DNA from: Candidatus Enterousia sp.
GTDB taxonomy: Bacteria; Pseudomonadota; Alphaproteobacteria; Rs-D84
DNA: 64,000 nucleotides
Direction of reading: 5' to 3'
Assembly (NCBI GenBank): GCA_045536625.1
Contig: JAZSNY010000025.1
Span: forward strand, 1,147-65,146
Positions 47,418 to 57,733 of this stretch are shown one piece after another. The notes under the pieces were generated by a model. The model searched no databases and had not been told where the DNA came from. It saw only the letters and a list, made by a program, of their open reading frames with translations. A program made the position numbers and the translations under genes. The number at the start of each line of letters is the position of its first letter. Positions within the stretch are counted from its first letter, which is position 1.

Positions 47418-49151
47418 TTATATCGCCACATCCTCTAAAAAGAACTGGGCACTAACACGTCCATTATACTCGTTCTGTTTCAACCGCCCCAGTAACTTTA
47501 TTGTAGTATTTGTGTTCGCATCGTCCAGTAAAAAATCACCAACAGGCGTTCCAACCAGATTAAATCCAACAAAGGCCAATTTTGTTCCGACACTGGTTCC
47601 CACGGTTCCACGCAAATGCGCCCCCCCCGCCCCAATAACAGACGCATGTCGCAATTGGGCACCACGCAATACCAATAACGGTTCCGGGTTTCCCTGGCCA
47701 AACGGTTCCAAAGCATCCAATTGACGAACCAATCGCATATTTGCCCCCCCCGCATCAATTTCTGCATCAACCAAAACCTGTGGACTGGGTCTTTGTCCAT
47801 GCAACTGTTTATTCACCGCATTTTCCAAGAACCTGCAAAACGCATCTTCATTTTCCGCCGGCAAAGAAAATCCCGCGGCCGCTGCATGCCCCCCCCCTTC
47901 GGACACAATACCCGCGGCCAACGCATCATGAATAATCTTGCCTAAATCAATTCCTGCGATTGAACGCCCCGACCCATTTATCATACCATCAGCACGTGTT
48001 GCCACACATGACGGCAAATTATACTTATCTTTTAATCGTCCGGCTATGATTCCCATAACACCGCCATGCCAGTTATCCCCACACACAAATAAACTGCACC
48101 GCCCAGACTCACAGCACTGTTGCGCCATTTCACACGCACGCAACATAATCGCATTTTGAATATCAATACGCTCTTGATTCATCTGATGCAATTTTTCGGC
48201 TAAATCATGTGCAATCAAAGGATTATCGGTCAACAACAACTCTAACGCAGGTGTTGCAGAGTCTAATCTCCCCGCTGCATTTAACCGTGGTCCCAACGCA
48301 AACCCGGCCGCATAAACGGACGGTTTTTTTATTCCGGCCACATCCATCAATACACGCACCCCCAGGTTTTGTCGTAACCCCAACACCTTTAGTCCCGTCG
48401 CAACAAATGCCCGATTTAATCCGACCAGGGGCATCGTATCACAAATTGTCCCCAACGAAACCAAATCCATATAATTCATCAGTTCTGAATTATCCAACCC
48501 CATACCACGATTTTTCAATTCGCGATTCAACGCCACCAATGTTAAAAACGCAACCCCAACACCGGCCAAATACGTCAACCCAGAAACATCATCCACACGT
48601 TTTGGATTAACAACCGCATCCGCATCTGGCAACAAATTATCGGGTGAATGATGGTCTGTAACCACAACCCGCAACCCAAGTTTCCGCGCATACTCTACTT
48701 CACCGACCCCGGAAATTCCACAATCAACCGTAATTAACAGATTTGCCCCCTGGGCAACAATTTCATCAATAGCCTGATTATTCAGGCCATACCCTTCACC
48801 TTCGCGCGTTGGCAGGTGCCACAACACATCCGCCCCTACCGCACGCAAATACTTAACCATAATTGCAGTGGACGTAATACCATCAACGTCATAATCACCA
48901 TAAATTGCGATTTTTTGATTACTTTGTACGGCTTCGGCAATCACCTGCACAGCCCGGTCCATATCCATCAAGACGCTTGGATCTGGCATATATTCTTTAA
49001 TACTGGGATTCAAAAAACTTTTAATATCCGCGTCCGTTTCTATCCCACGCCCACGCAAAATATTTTTAACCAAATCCCCATGTCCATCAAAAACGTCACT
49101 TTCCATCACCCACGCCTTGCCCAGCATGGATTTATCTACTATCTTTCTCAC
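47418..49151 (-). CDS. recJ: Single-stranded-DNA-specific exonuclease RecJ
   Basis: IAIYGDYDVDGITSTAI, DHH and DHHA1 motifs, and an OB-fold C-terminus; 577 aa. Confidence 0.85.
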   Translation of the reverse strand: MRKIVDKSMLGKAWVMESDVFDGHGDLVKNILRGRGIETDADIKSFLNPSIKEYMPDPSVLMDMDRAVQVIAEAVQSNQKIAIYGDYDVDGITSTAIMVKYLRAVGADVLWHLPTREGEGYGLNNQAIDEIVAQGANLLITVDCGISGVGEVEYARKLGLRVVVTDHHSPDNLLPDADAVVNPKRVDDVSGLTYLAGVGVAFLTLVALNRELKNRGMGLDNSELMNYMDLVSLGTICDTMPLVGLNRAFVATGLKVLGLRQNLGVRVLMDVAGIKKPSVYAAGFALGPRLNAAGRLDSATPALELLLTDNPLIAHDLAEKLHQMNQERIDIQNAIMLRACEMAQQCCESGRCSLFVCGDNWHGGVMGIIAGRLKDKYNLPSCVATRADGMINGSGRSIAGIDLGKIIHDALAAGIVSEGGGHAAAAGFSLPAENEDAFCRFLENAVNKQLHGQRPSPQVLVDAEIDAGGANMRLVRQLDALEPFGQGNPEPLLVLRGAQLRHASVIGAGGAHLRGTVGTSVGTKLAFVGFNLVGTPVGDFLLDDANTNTTIKLLGRLKQNEYNGRVSAQFFLEDVAI

Positions 49152-49194
49152 GCGCTACTCTTTTTTTTATTATCACCAATATTATAATTCAAAT

Positions 49195-50832
49195 TTATTC
49201 AAATAGCAACGGCAGTATACTGTTTAAAATCTTACCTGTTGTCGGCACGGCATTCCATGCAGCGGTTCTCCACCCCCAAGATTCCTTGGTTCCCTGGGGT
49301 TCATCCAACACAACCATAATCGTATACTGTGGCGCATGTGCAGGAAAGATTCCCACAAACGCGGTAACATTTCGTTTATTATCTATCTTTCCATTTGTAT
49401 ATTTTTCCGCGGTCGACGTTTTACCACCGATTTGAATACCGGCCACCCTGGCCTGTTTACCACTGGTTTCTTCGGCGACCCGCAACATAATCGGACGCAA
49501 TTTTGCAGAAATCTCGTCTGCCAAGACACGTTCCCCGCGCACGACCCCAACACTGCGTTTTTGCAACGTTGGATAAATATAAATACCACCATTGGTCACC
49601 GCGTTTACCGCCAACATCAAATGCATTGGCGTTACGGCATATCCCTGACCATATGCCACGGTTGCCCGCTCAACCGGCCCCCATTTGCGTTGCGGGATAC
49701 TGTTTTCCGTGCGTCCAAATTCCAAATTCAACGCTTTATCCATATGCAACCGTTCAAAGAATTCTTTTTGTGCCCCATCGGGCAATTCCAGTGCGATTTG
49801 TGCACTACCCACATTACAGGAATGAATCATAATTTCTTCGACATTAATACTGGGGCGCGGTGGCTTAAAACTGCGAATATCGGTGATTTTTTTTGCAATT
49901 CTGCCATTTTTATCATAAATGGGAAAAGGCTTTGCCACATAATACTCTTTGGTGGGTTCTATACCATTTTCCAACGCCAACGCCGTATTGAATATTTTAA
50001 ATATAGACCCCAATTCGAACACACTGCGCATTGGTTTAAAGGTACGATTCGCCACCGGATCAGCCCGCAGGTTTTCCGGGTCAAAGTCCGGCAAAGACAC
50101 CATTGCGATAATTTCCCCCGTACGCGAATTCATCAACATGCCCATAGCGGCCTTGGTCTGATATTTCTGCATTGCAAAAGACAGCTGCTCATAAAACACC
50201 GATTGAATTCGCGAATCGACACTCAGACGTAACGGGTCTTTATTTTCACGCAAATATCCATCGTACACACGTTCGGCCCCTTCCAATCCGCGTCCATCTT
50301 CACCAACGAACCCAACAACATGCGAAAACAGTCTGCGTTTCGGATACCTGCGCGTTTGAATTTTTTCAACCTCTAATCCGGTCAGGCGTGCTTTTTGCAC
50401 GATTTCGCGCTGTTTATCACTGGCATATTTTTTCAAATATTTAAACCGCACCCCCGAATTAACCAATTCAATTGCCTGGGCCAACGAATATTCATATGGC
50501 AAAGCCTCGTGTATGGTTTGGGCAACGGCATCACGGTCCTGGGGTCGCACGGCACGATTTCGCAATATTATATGCCCCGACACGACATTTTTTGCCAAAA
50601 TATCACCATTTCTATCAACAATATCTGCACGATGCACCATCCATTCGCCATCAGCACCGGCCAATCGCGATCTATCAGTTCCCTGGATTCCCAACTGCAA
50701 AGTCCGCCCTATGAACAAAACAAAGGCACATAAAAAAAACGCATTCAGGACCCCCAAACGCTTTCGCGCCACGGCATTACCCCGCATACCGCTAAATCCA
50801 TGTTTAAAGATATCTCGTCCAACTTCAAACAT
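49195..50832 (-). CDS. ftsI: Peptidoglycan D,D-transpeptidase FtsI (class B penicillin-binding protein 3)
   Basis: N-terminal transmembrane helix; SxxK (GSIFK), SxN (HSCN) and KTG (GGKTSTA) motifs. Confidence 0.85.
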   Translation of the reverse strand: MFEVGRDIFKHGFSGMRGNAVARKRLGVLNAFFLCAFVLFIGRTLQLGIQGTDRSRLAGADGEWMVHRADIVDRNGDILAKNVVSGHIILRNRAVRPQDRDAVAQTIHEALPYEYSLAQAIELVNSGVRFKYLKKYASDKQREIVQKARLTGLEVEKIQTRRYPKRRLFSHVVGFVGEDGRGLEGAERVYDGYLRENKDPLRLSVDSRIQSVFYEQLSFAMQKYQTKAAMGMLMNSRTGEIIAMVSLPDFDPENLRADPVANRTFKPMRSVFELGSIFKIFNTALALENGIEPTKEYYVAKPFPIYDKNGRIAKKITDIRSFKPPRPSINVEEIMIHSCNVGSAQIALELPDGAQKEFFERLHMDKALNLEFGRTENSIPQRKWGPVERATVAYGQGYAVTPMHLMLAVNAVTNGGIYIYPTLQKRSVGVVRGERVLADEISAKLRPIMLRVAEETSGKQARVAGIQIGGKTSTAEKYTNGKIDNKRNVTAFVGIFPAHAPQYTIMVVLDEPQGTKESWGWRTAAWNAVPTTGKILNSILPLLFE

Positions 50833-51146
50833 TACGCGCCATCCCTGTTTGGCAATTCATCAACAGATACCGACTTTTGGAATCCCACACCTTCAACCTT
50901 GGGCAAAACGCTTACCACCATATTACGTAAAACCTCGGGCCGAACCAAGGACGCAAAATTAGCCTGGGCCACGGCAATTTTTTGTTGTGTTTCAATAATA
51001 TCACGACGCACACGATTTATTTGACGTGTCTGGGTTCGAAAGCATACCTGCAGCATTACACTAAGCAACAACACCGTACCCAGTGACCAAACCCCAATAT
51101 GAAACATTTTTTCATCATCATGCATAAATACCGCCCCCATACGCAT
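50832..51146 (-). CDS. ftsL: Cell-division protein FtsL
   Basis: Small bitopic protein immediately upstream of ftsI; transmembrane helix then a coiled region QINRVRRDIIETQQK. Confidence 0.55.
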   Translation of the reverse strand: MRMGAVFMHDDEKMFHIGVWSLGTVLLLSVMLQVCFRTQTRQINRVRRDIIETQQKIAVAQANFASLVRPEVLRNMVVSVLPKVEGVGFQKSVSVDELPNRDGA

Positions 51147-51155
51147 GGCATTTTA

Positions 51156-51518
51156 TCATAAATTTTGCAAAAAACGAATCATAGAATTCACACCATTTAA
51201 ACGCCCCGCCCCCAAAACTAAATTCAGCCCTGCAAATTCTTGCGCTATGTTAATTTTTTTTATCTCTTGCGCGCTTTTACCGTCCACCATCGCCAACAAT
51301 ATTGCCAATATTCCACGTACCAACGCCGAATCGGCCCGTCCATAGAACCGATTTCCCAACCGACAAATTTCCACAAACGAAGCACATCCCACAATTTCAC
51401 TGCACGCGGCACCATCCGGCACCGACTCTAATTGGGAACCAAAATCCATAATCAATTCTAATTTTTGTTCGGCGTCATCACAAATGGACAACATATTTTT
51501 CATATCTTGATATGTCAT
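51156..51518 (-). CDS. sufE: Cysteine desulfuration protein SufE
   Basis: SufE-domain pattern including ...SEIVGCASFV... Confidence 0.7.
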   Translation of the reverse strand: MTYQDMKNMLSICDDAEQKLELIMDFGSQLESVPDGAACSEIVGCASFVEICRLGNRFYGRADSALVRGILAILLAMVDGKSAQEIKKINIAQEFAGLNLVLGAGRLNGVNSMIRFLQNL

Positions 51519-51521
51519 ATA

Positions 51522-51836
51522 TCACCACCCCTGATTCGTCAAATCCAATTCCAATCGCGCTGCATCCGACATACGCGACAAATCCCATGGTGGATCCCAA
51601 ACCAAATCCACATACACGGGCACATCCCCGGTCACAGTCCGTACGACGTCATAAATCTGTTGCATTAATTCTTCCATCATGGGGCACGTTGGGCTGGTAA
51701 AAGTCATTTTTATCCGCACCGCATCCGCCGATATATCTATATTATATATCAGTCCCATATCCCAAATATTCACAGGGATTTCCGGGTCATAAACTTTTTT
51801 TAATTGTTCAATAATATCATCTTTGGAAAAATTCAT
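51522..51836 (-). CDS. sufT: Fe-S assembly protein SufT (DUF59/MIP18 family)
   Basis: VYDPEIPVNIWDMGLIY...TSPTCPMMEEL motifs. Confidence 0.75.
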   Translation of the reverse strand: MNFSKDDIIEQLKKVYDPEIPVNIWDMGLIYNIDISADAVRIKMTFTSPTCPMMEELMQQIYDVVRTVTGDVPVYVDLVWDPPWDLSRMSDAARLELDLTNQGW

Positions 51837-52921
51837 TTTACAATATCTTTTATATATTTAACCGCCTGTTTAACTTCATCGATTGTATTATATGCCCCCA
51901 CAGAAACGCGAACAGACCCCGGCACCCCCAATCGATTATGTATCCATGTTGCACACATATTTCCCACACGCACACACACGCCCCGCGCCCCCAACAACGC
52001 GCCCACATCCAACACATGCATATCGTCAACAACGAACGTCAACATCGCCGCATCACGATGCGACAATATTTTTATACGTCTTTGCCCCACCAATTCATCA
52101 TACATATATTGAATCAGTTTCGAATCGGGTCTGTTTTGTTCCAGATGATTAATCGCCACCCCCAACCCTGCAATTTGTGTCAGTGGTAATGTTCCCGCCT
52201 CGAATATTTCGGGGGCGCAACTGTACGAAATATCATCCCCACAGATTCTGTTAACCATCCCCCCGCCAAACTTCACCGGCCGCCACAGTTCTGGTTTTTT
52301 GATATACATTACCCCCAAACCCGTGTCACCACCAATTTTATGTGCCGACCAACAAACAAAATCCGCCCCCCATTCCAAGACATCAATTTTTTCATGCACG
52401 ACAAATTGTGCGGCATCGACAACAATTATTGCATCGGCATTTTTTTCACGTGCACACGCCACAATTTTGGCGACATCCTGGGCCCGTCCCAAAACATTTG
52501 ACATTGCGGTTATAACCACCACATCGGCCCACGGGATATTATCCACATCGAAATCATAATTTTCATCCAACGGACAGACCGCAATTTTTGCCCCCGTCAT
52601 TGCAAAGGGCAACCGTGCACTGTGATGATCCAAATCAGACACCGCCACAATCGAATCCTGGTTCAGATTCAACATACGTGCAATTTGATTCATACCATCG
52701 GTTGTTCCCGACGTAAACACAATATGTTCCGCCGTGGTGTTCATCATGGTTGCGACCCGTTCACGTGCGCCCATCACCATATTATCGACCAACACGGCGC
52801 GTTCACACACGCCGCGCCCCGAATTCGCATAATGATTGCGCAGAAAGTCAATTTCTGCCCCGACGACCGCATCTGATTTTTGATATGTTGCGGCGGCATC
52901 TAAGTATATGATTTTATTCAT
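51833..52921 (-). CDS. sufS: Cysteine desulfurase (SufS/NifS-like class V aminotransferase)
   Basis: PLP-lysine motif SAHKIGG; 362 aa; start overlaps the sufT stop. Confidence 0.75.
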   Translation of the reverse strand: MNKIIYLDAAATYQKSDAVVGAEIDFLRNHYANSGRGVCERAVLVDNMVMGARERVATMMNTTAEHIVFTSGTTDGMNQIARMLNLNQDSIVAVSDLDHHSARLPFAMTGAKIAVCPLDENYDFDVDNIPWADVVVITAMSNVLGRAQDVAKIVACAREKNADAIIVVDAAQFVVHEKIDVLEWGADFVCWSAHKIGGDTGLGVMYIKKPELWRPVKFGGGMVNRICGDDISYSCAPEIFEAGTLPLTQIAGLGVAINHLEQNRPDSKLIQYMYDELVGQRRIKILSHRDAAMLTFVVDDMHVLDVGALLGARGVCVRVGNMCATWIHNRLGVPGSVRVSVGAYNTIDEVKQAVKYIKDIVK

Positions 52922-52995
52922 TTATGATTTCTCTTGCATTTTTGGATGATTATAATACACTCTTGCCGAATATCAACAAAAGAAAGGAGACACCC

Positions 52996-53313
52996 ATGGC
53001 AGTACAACATGCAAACGACGCAACATTTGAATCAATGATTGGTTCTGGGATAACATTGGTTGATTTTTGGGCGACCTGGTGTGGTCCATGCCGTATGTTT
53101 GGCCCGATATTTGAATCCGCATCGGACAAAACAACGGATGCAAAATTTGTAAAATTTGAAATTGACGAATCGAATCGTCAGACACCTATGAAATATGGAA
53201 TTCGCAGCATTCCATCAATTTTGGCATTTCGCGATGGCGAATTGGTTGCGGCACGCACCGGCGTTATGGACGAAGAAACGGTATTGGACTGGGTCCGGGA
53301 ATTAAAGGGATAA
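52996..53313 (+). CDS. trxA: Thioredoxin
   Basis: WCGPC active site; aaaggaga ribosome-binding site; start placed at ATG 52996. Confidence 0.9.
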   Translation: MAVQHANDATFESMIGSGITLVDFWATWCGPCRMFGPIFESASDKTTDAKFVKFEIDESNRQTPMKYGIRSIPSILAFRDGELVAARTGVMDEETVLDWVRELKG

Positions 53314-53316
53314 AAA

Positions 53317-53748
53317 ATGTCAGCACAAGATTACACAACAATTAAATTGGCCCCGAATTACAAGCCAAAAAAATCCGAACCATATATGTGTCCGGAACAC
53401 CTGGCGTACTTTTATAATGTATTAACGGCCCAGCGCGACGAATTAATGGACGAACGCGATTCCGTGTTAAGTGCGGTTCGCCTTGCGGACAAGACCGAAG
53501 CGGTCGGTGTCGGCGACGAATCCGACAACGCCACCTATAACCAGGATATAACCATGGACCTGCGGATGTCCGACCGCAATAACAAATTACTAATGAAAAT
53601 TAATGCGGCATTGGATCGCATTGCCAATGGCACCTATGGTTTCAGTGTTGTTTCCGGTGACGAAATTGGGATTGAACGTTTAATGGCGCGCCCCCTGGCG
53701 ACCATGACCATCGAAGAACAGGAAGAATACGAAAGCCATAAAAACTAA
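53317..53748 (+). CDS. dksA: DksA/TraR-family transcription factor lacking the four-Cys zinc finger
   Basis: Coiled-coil with a DxxDxA-type tip and C-terminal GTYGFSVVSGDEIGIERLMARPLATMTIEEQ, in which the usual CxxC motifs are replaced. Confidence 0.65.
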   Translation: MSAQDYTTIKLAPNYKPKKSEPYMCPEHLAYFYNVLTAQRDELMDERDSVLSAVRLADKTEAVGVGDESDNATYNQDITMDLRMSDRNNKLLMKINAALDRIANGTYGFSVVSGDEIGIERLMARPLATMTIEEQEEYESHKN

Positions 53749-53789
53749 ACCCCATCCCGCCCCGGCGGGATTTTTTCCCATCGCGTGGC

Positions 53790-53870
53790 CTGACTACTTT
53801 TTGTCATCCCAACACTTGACCGCACCCCCAGATTATAACTTACTTATTTTTTACAAAAAATTACCCCCAC
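53790..53870. repeat. Cluster B: one degenerate palindromic-repeat unit plus a flank motif
   Basis: ttgtcatcccaacacttgaccgcacccccagatt at 53801-53835, preceded by a dksA terminator hairpin (cccgccccggcggg) at 53752-53778. Confidence 0.6.
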
Positions 53871-53939
53871 AAAAAACACTTTACAGGTATTTCAAAAATA
53901 TGGTAAAATACGCATGAACATAAAAAGGAAGGGAAAATT

Positions 53940-54614
53940 ATGCTACAACATAAATTCAAGAGATTCTATTCACACATCCTGGCATCATTGTCGGCGATTG
54001 GTATTGTATCAATTGCCTCAGAACGCGAAGCGGCGGCGGGGTATGAAATTGGGGGTGGGGGCGAAACCGTCACTTTTAACTATTATGATGACATCCCTTT
54101 GACCGCCACCTATACAGAACAACTTGAATGCCAAACAAGCAGCAGCAAAAATGTTATTGACGCTTTCCCCAGTGGCTCTAACTGCGTCTTTATATGCAAA
54201 CGTGGCTATGGCGTCGCCAATATAGGCCAAGGTAGCAATATAAACGTCACGGGCTCATGTGCCTTTTATACCACAAGCTCCGACACATCTAGTTTTAAAT
54301 CTTGCATTCAAAACCAACGTTCCGTATTTTATAACGGCAGTTCCGAAGATTATGGCAGTGTCATTGCCAACCAATCCGTCCAAAACCGTATGAACGGCAT
54401 ACCACACTATTGGTATTCCGGCACAAGTGCAACCCCACAGTATGACTGTATCCCATTACCAAATACGGTCACATTTGACTGTGGCGAAGGTGAGATAAAT
54501 ACTAACTCTTACACGGGTGCAATACGCGCGTTGCATGGCGAATCATTTACATTGCCCTCCGCAAATGCATGCCACGCCCCCGAAGGTTATACGTTCAATG
54601 CATGGGAATCGTAA
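53940..54614 (+). CDS. Secreted cysteine-rich protein, hypothetical
   Basis: Signal peptide LASLSAIGIVSIASE; 12 Cys; ribosome-binding site aaaaggaaggg. Confidence 0.5.
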   Translation: MLQHKFKRFYSHILASLSAIGIVSIASEREAAAGYEIGGGGETVTFNYYDDIPLTATYTEQLECQTSSSKNVIDAFPSGSNCVFICKRGYGVANIGQGSNINVTGSCAFYTTSSDTSSFKSCIQNQRSVFYNGSSEDYGSVIANQSVQNRMNGIPHYWYSGTSATPQYDCIPLPNTVTFDCGEGEINTNSYTGAIRALHGESFTLPSANACHAPEGYTFNAWES

Positions 54615-54626
54615 TAATAATTATGC

Positions 54627-54668
54627 TGAATCAAAAAAAAGACGTCGGGAATCCGACGTCTTTTTTTT
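54627..54668 (+). terminator. Intrinsic terminator
   Basis: Hairpin agacgtcgggaatccgacgtct followed by a T10 run. Confidence 0.6.
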
Positions 54669-54685
54669 TCACACACACCCACTTT

Positions 54686-55070
54686 TTCATCCCGTGACCG
54701 GTTCGTCCCTCTTGTCATCCCGGCGCTTGACCCACGCACCCCAGGTTATATCTTCCTTTGTCATCCCGCGGCTTGACCGCGGGACCCAGGTCTTATCTTC
54801 CCCTTTGTCATTCCCGTGGCTTGACTTTCGCACCCAGGTTTGGCATTTCCATTTTTTTCAAAAACACGAAAAGTTTTGTCATCCCGGTGCTTGACCCACG
54901 CCCCCCAGGTTATATTTTATCCTTTTTGTCATCCCGCGGCTTGACCGCGGGACCCAGGTTATACATCCACTTTATCATCCCATGTTTTAACTCTCGCACC
55001 CCAGGTTTGTTTTTTTACATAAAAAGTTTTGTCATCCCCGCGACGGCGGGAACAGGGGCTATAAAATTAT
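54686..55070. repeat. Cluster C: seven or eight tandemly spaced palindromic-repeat units
   Basis: Units at 54713-54747, 54759-54790, 54806-54840, 54876-54911, 54927-54960 and 54974-55006, plus a TATAAAAT-bearing variant at 55031-55070. Spacers are 10-35 bp. Confidence 0.85.
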
Positions 55071-55156
55071 CAAATTACTTTTGTATGCACGTTACGCCCC
55101 CCATATATAAAAACACCCCCGCATACACGGGGGCGATACAAACAAAGCATACTTAA

Positions 55157-57412
55157 TCACCCGGCGGTGACGGTTGATGGCTGCGCCACACACTGCCCAT
55201 TTTCCTCTACAAATCCCGACTTACACTGGCATACACCATAACTATCACGTTCCTGATTTGTTCCACACTCTAACACACATGCATTACCCCATGCAACATA
55301 GCCATCATTGCATCTGCAACGTTCATTAACACATTGCTCACCATTACCAACATTATAGTTTTTAATACACCCAGTGGTAGAGCTAGAAGTATCAGTATAG
55401 GTGGAATTTTCCGGACACAATAACGACTGATAAAACATGGTCGATATTGCTTTAATACAATTACTCTCGCTACTACATGTGGATGTCGACGAAAACACCG
55501 CATATCCACACGTCAATGCCACATTACGACACGCGCCCGCCAATACGGCCTGAATACTTGTGACATTTGCATTGCTGGACCATGCGTTAACCTGGGTTAC
55601 CTGGCTGTTATAGCAATCGGCAACATCCACAATACAAGTGGACGCATATTCAGAAATAATCTTGCTTTGTGCGGCACGTATATTAACCAACGCGCGCTGA
55701 ATATAATTCACAACAACATCATTAAATCGTATATAGTTGCCATTATCATCATATGTATAACGCTGGCATTTATCCAAAACTGCGCGACACAGTCCTTCGT
55801 CGGTCACCTTTTGCTTGGTTCCAATTTTCTGTAATAAATACTTGGCATTACAATGCCCGACTTTTCCGCCCGCCCCACAATAACTTTCTGTAATATCTTT
55901 ACCGTACGCGGTTTGCAAGAAGTCACCATCAATCAGGGCATTATTATACCCGGACATAAAATTCTTAATTTTGGAAATATTCTGCCCCAAAACAACATTA
56001 CCATTTTCATCTATATATATTTTTGTTGGATCAACACATTTGAAATATTTTTCACCACATACCATTTCGTCGGTCATACATGTTTCCAGCGCCGCAATAC
56101 ACCCCTTGGCATCATACATATTTTTATTTTGCAACACGGCCAAACGCGCCTTTTGTAACATACGATTCGCACTGCCCACATTTGACAACAACGTTTCGTT
56201 CATCTTAATCAGTCCCTTTTCATATGCAATGCAATCCTTGTCAATTGCCAAATCGTAATTACCCGTAATCTGCGATACGGTTGACCCGGCCTCTTTACAC
56301 TGATTTAAAACCGTTTTACAGCGTTTTTTGGCGGCGTTATATAATTCCGTTCCACGCAGATTTGAAAAACTGCCCGATGTACCGGTCCCCAGAAAATCCA
56401 GATTAAATAAATCCATGCTTTCGGACGAAAAATCCAAATTCATATCCAAACCAAAGTCACTGTAATCATCACCCGAATACACGGCCGAAGTGTTCGACAC
56501 CGGATCACGAATTAATTCTTCGATTTGTTCCAACATATTACGCGTTTCCGACGTATCCGTTGTCCCCGACAGGGCCTCTTCCGCCTCGGTCTCGGTCAAT
56601 ATGGCACGAATTTCATCGGCGGACAATCCCACATAACGAATACGTTGCGCGACCTCGTTCAATTGATTATTGGCATCTTTGACGGCCTCTTCCACCTTGG
56701 TATAACGCGACAGGTTCGACGAACACGAACAACGCCCCTGATTTGCATCAATCACGGCACAGAACTGATCCATACAATCGTTATATTGTTCCTGGCATGA
56801 TTTGTTCAATGTGGCCGTCTGTTCCAAACGTTCGGTTGCCTGGGCGATGGTTTCTGCATTTATTTCCTTGGCGGCACGCATTTTCAGCGAACGAACCTGT
56901 TCATCAATATTTGACCCGGTCTGAACCCCCGTATCACCAATCGTGGCGCGTCCCCCAACCTCGGCCGTACTGGGGCGCAAAACCAAGCCTGCACGACGCA
57001 CGGTCGGATTGCTGTTTATACTGGCATCCGAAACACGTTTATTACGCCCCACGGTATTTACGGTGGCACTTAAATTACTGCGCGCCACATCCCCCGAACG
57101 GGCAACGACCGCCGAACGCGCGGCAACCGATTGGGGGGCCGGCGCATCCGTCGCACCCGAAAACACACGCGACACAGCACCACGTACCGCAACCCCCGAA
57201 TTATTATTATCTTCAATAACTTCTGCCTTTTTGGGCACCCCCGAAACAACGCGGGTCGCGGTACGTGCAACCGCCGCCCCCCGCCCCGACGTATCTTCCC
57301 CGGCCGCCCCCGTATCAATCGTTGGAATAACACGCGAAACAGCGCCATCGGCACCAAACGCACCGGGCGCAATCAAAATAACCGCCATAAAAAATCCCAG
57401 CAGTCTTTTCAT
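55157..57412 (-). CDS. Large secreted or surface protein with a coiled-coil middle and a cysteine-rich, EGF-like C-terminal half
   Basis: Signal peptide MKRLLGFFMAVILIAPGAFGA; Ala/Arg/Val/Ser-rich N-terminal low-complexity region; more than 40 Cys in the C-terminal half; ribosome-binding site gggaaagg. Confidence 0.55.
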   Translation of the reverse strand: MKRLLGFFMAVILIAPGAFGADGAVSRVIPTIDTGAAGEDTSGRGAAVARTATRVVSGVPKKAEVIEDNNNSGVAVRGAVSRVFSGATDAPAPQSVAARSAVVARSGDVARSNLSATVNTVGRNKRVSDASINSNPTVRRAGLVLRPSTAEVGGRATIGDTGVQTGSNIDEQVRSLKMRAAKEINAETIAQATERLEQTATLNKSCQEQYNDCMDQFCAVIDANQGRCSCSSNLSRYTKVEEAVKDANNQLNEVAQRIRYVGLSADEIRAILTETEAEEALSGTTDTSETRNMLEQIEELIRDPVSNTSAVYSGDDYSDFGLDMNLDFSSESMDLFNLDFLGTGTSGSFSNLRGTELYNAAKKRCKTVLNQCKEAGSTVSQITGNYDLAIDKDCIAYEKGLIKMNETLLSNVGSANRMLQKARLAVLQNKNMYDAKGCIAALETCMTDEMVCGEKYFKCVDPTKIYIDENGNVVLGQNISKIKNFMSGYNNALIDGDFLQTAYGKDITESYCGAGGKVGHCNAKYLLQKIGTKQKVTDEGLCRAVLDKCQRYTYDDNGNYIRFNDVVVNYIQRALVNIRAAQSKIISEYASTCIVDVADCYNSQVTQVNAWSSNANVTSIQAVLAGACRNVALTCGYAVFSSTSTCSSESNCIKAISTMFYQSLLCPENSTYTDTSSSTTGCIKNYNVGNGEQCVNERCRCNDGYVAWGNACVLECGTNQERDSYGVCQCKSGFVEENGQCVAQPSTVTAG

Positions 57413-57508
57413 CCTTTCCCATAAATTATATCAAAAAAAAACACCCCCGTCACTAAGTTAATTATATTTTCCAATCAAAAATCCCCACCAAATGGCGGGG
57501 AAATATTT

Positions 57509-57718
57509 TTATTTTTTCTTGGCCGGTTTCTTTTTTGTCACCGTCTTTTTGGCCCCTTGGTCCTGGGACTTGGGCGCGGACTTTTTCAATTCCTTTTTAA
57601 AGATATTCAAACCATCGGCCAGGTTACGCATCATCCCCGGTATTTTGTTATGCCCAAACAGGATAACAACCAAGATAACGATAACCAGTATTTCCATCCA
57701 TCCCAAACGTCCAAACAT
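57509..57718 (-). CDS. tatA: Twin-arginine translocase subunit TatA
   Basis: MFGRLGWMEILVIVILVVILFG followed by an amphipathic helix and a lysine-rich tail. Confidence 0.8.
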   Translation of the reverse strand: MFGRLGWMEILVIVILVVILFGHNKIPGMMRNLADGLNIFKKELKKSAPKSQDQGAKKTVTKKKPAKKK

Positions 57719-57733
57719 TTTTATCCCCTTTGA

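Noticed and set aside
54686-55070. The repeat array could be a CRISPR array
   Set aside because: The units are imperfect with multiple variants, roughly 34 bp long, and separated by short spacers of 10-35 bp that vary widely. One locus holds a copy in inverted orientation. No cas genes are present. The pattern fits REP/MITE-like palindromic elements, not CRISPR.
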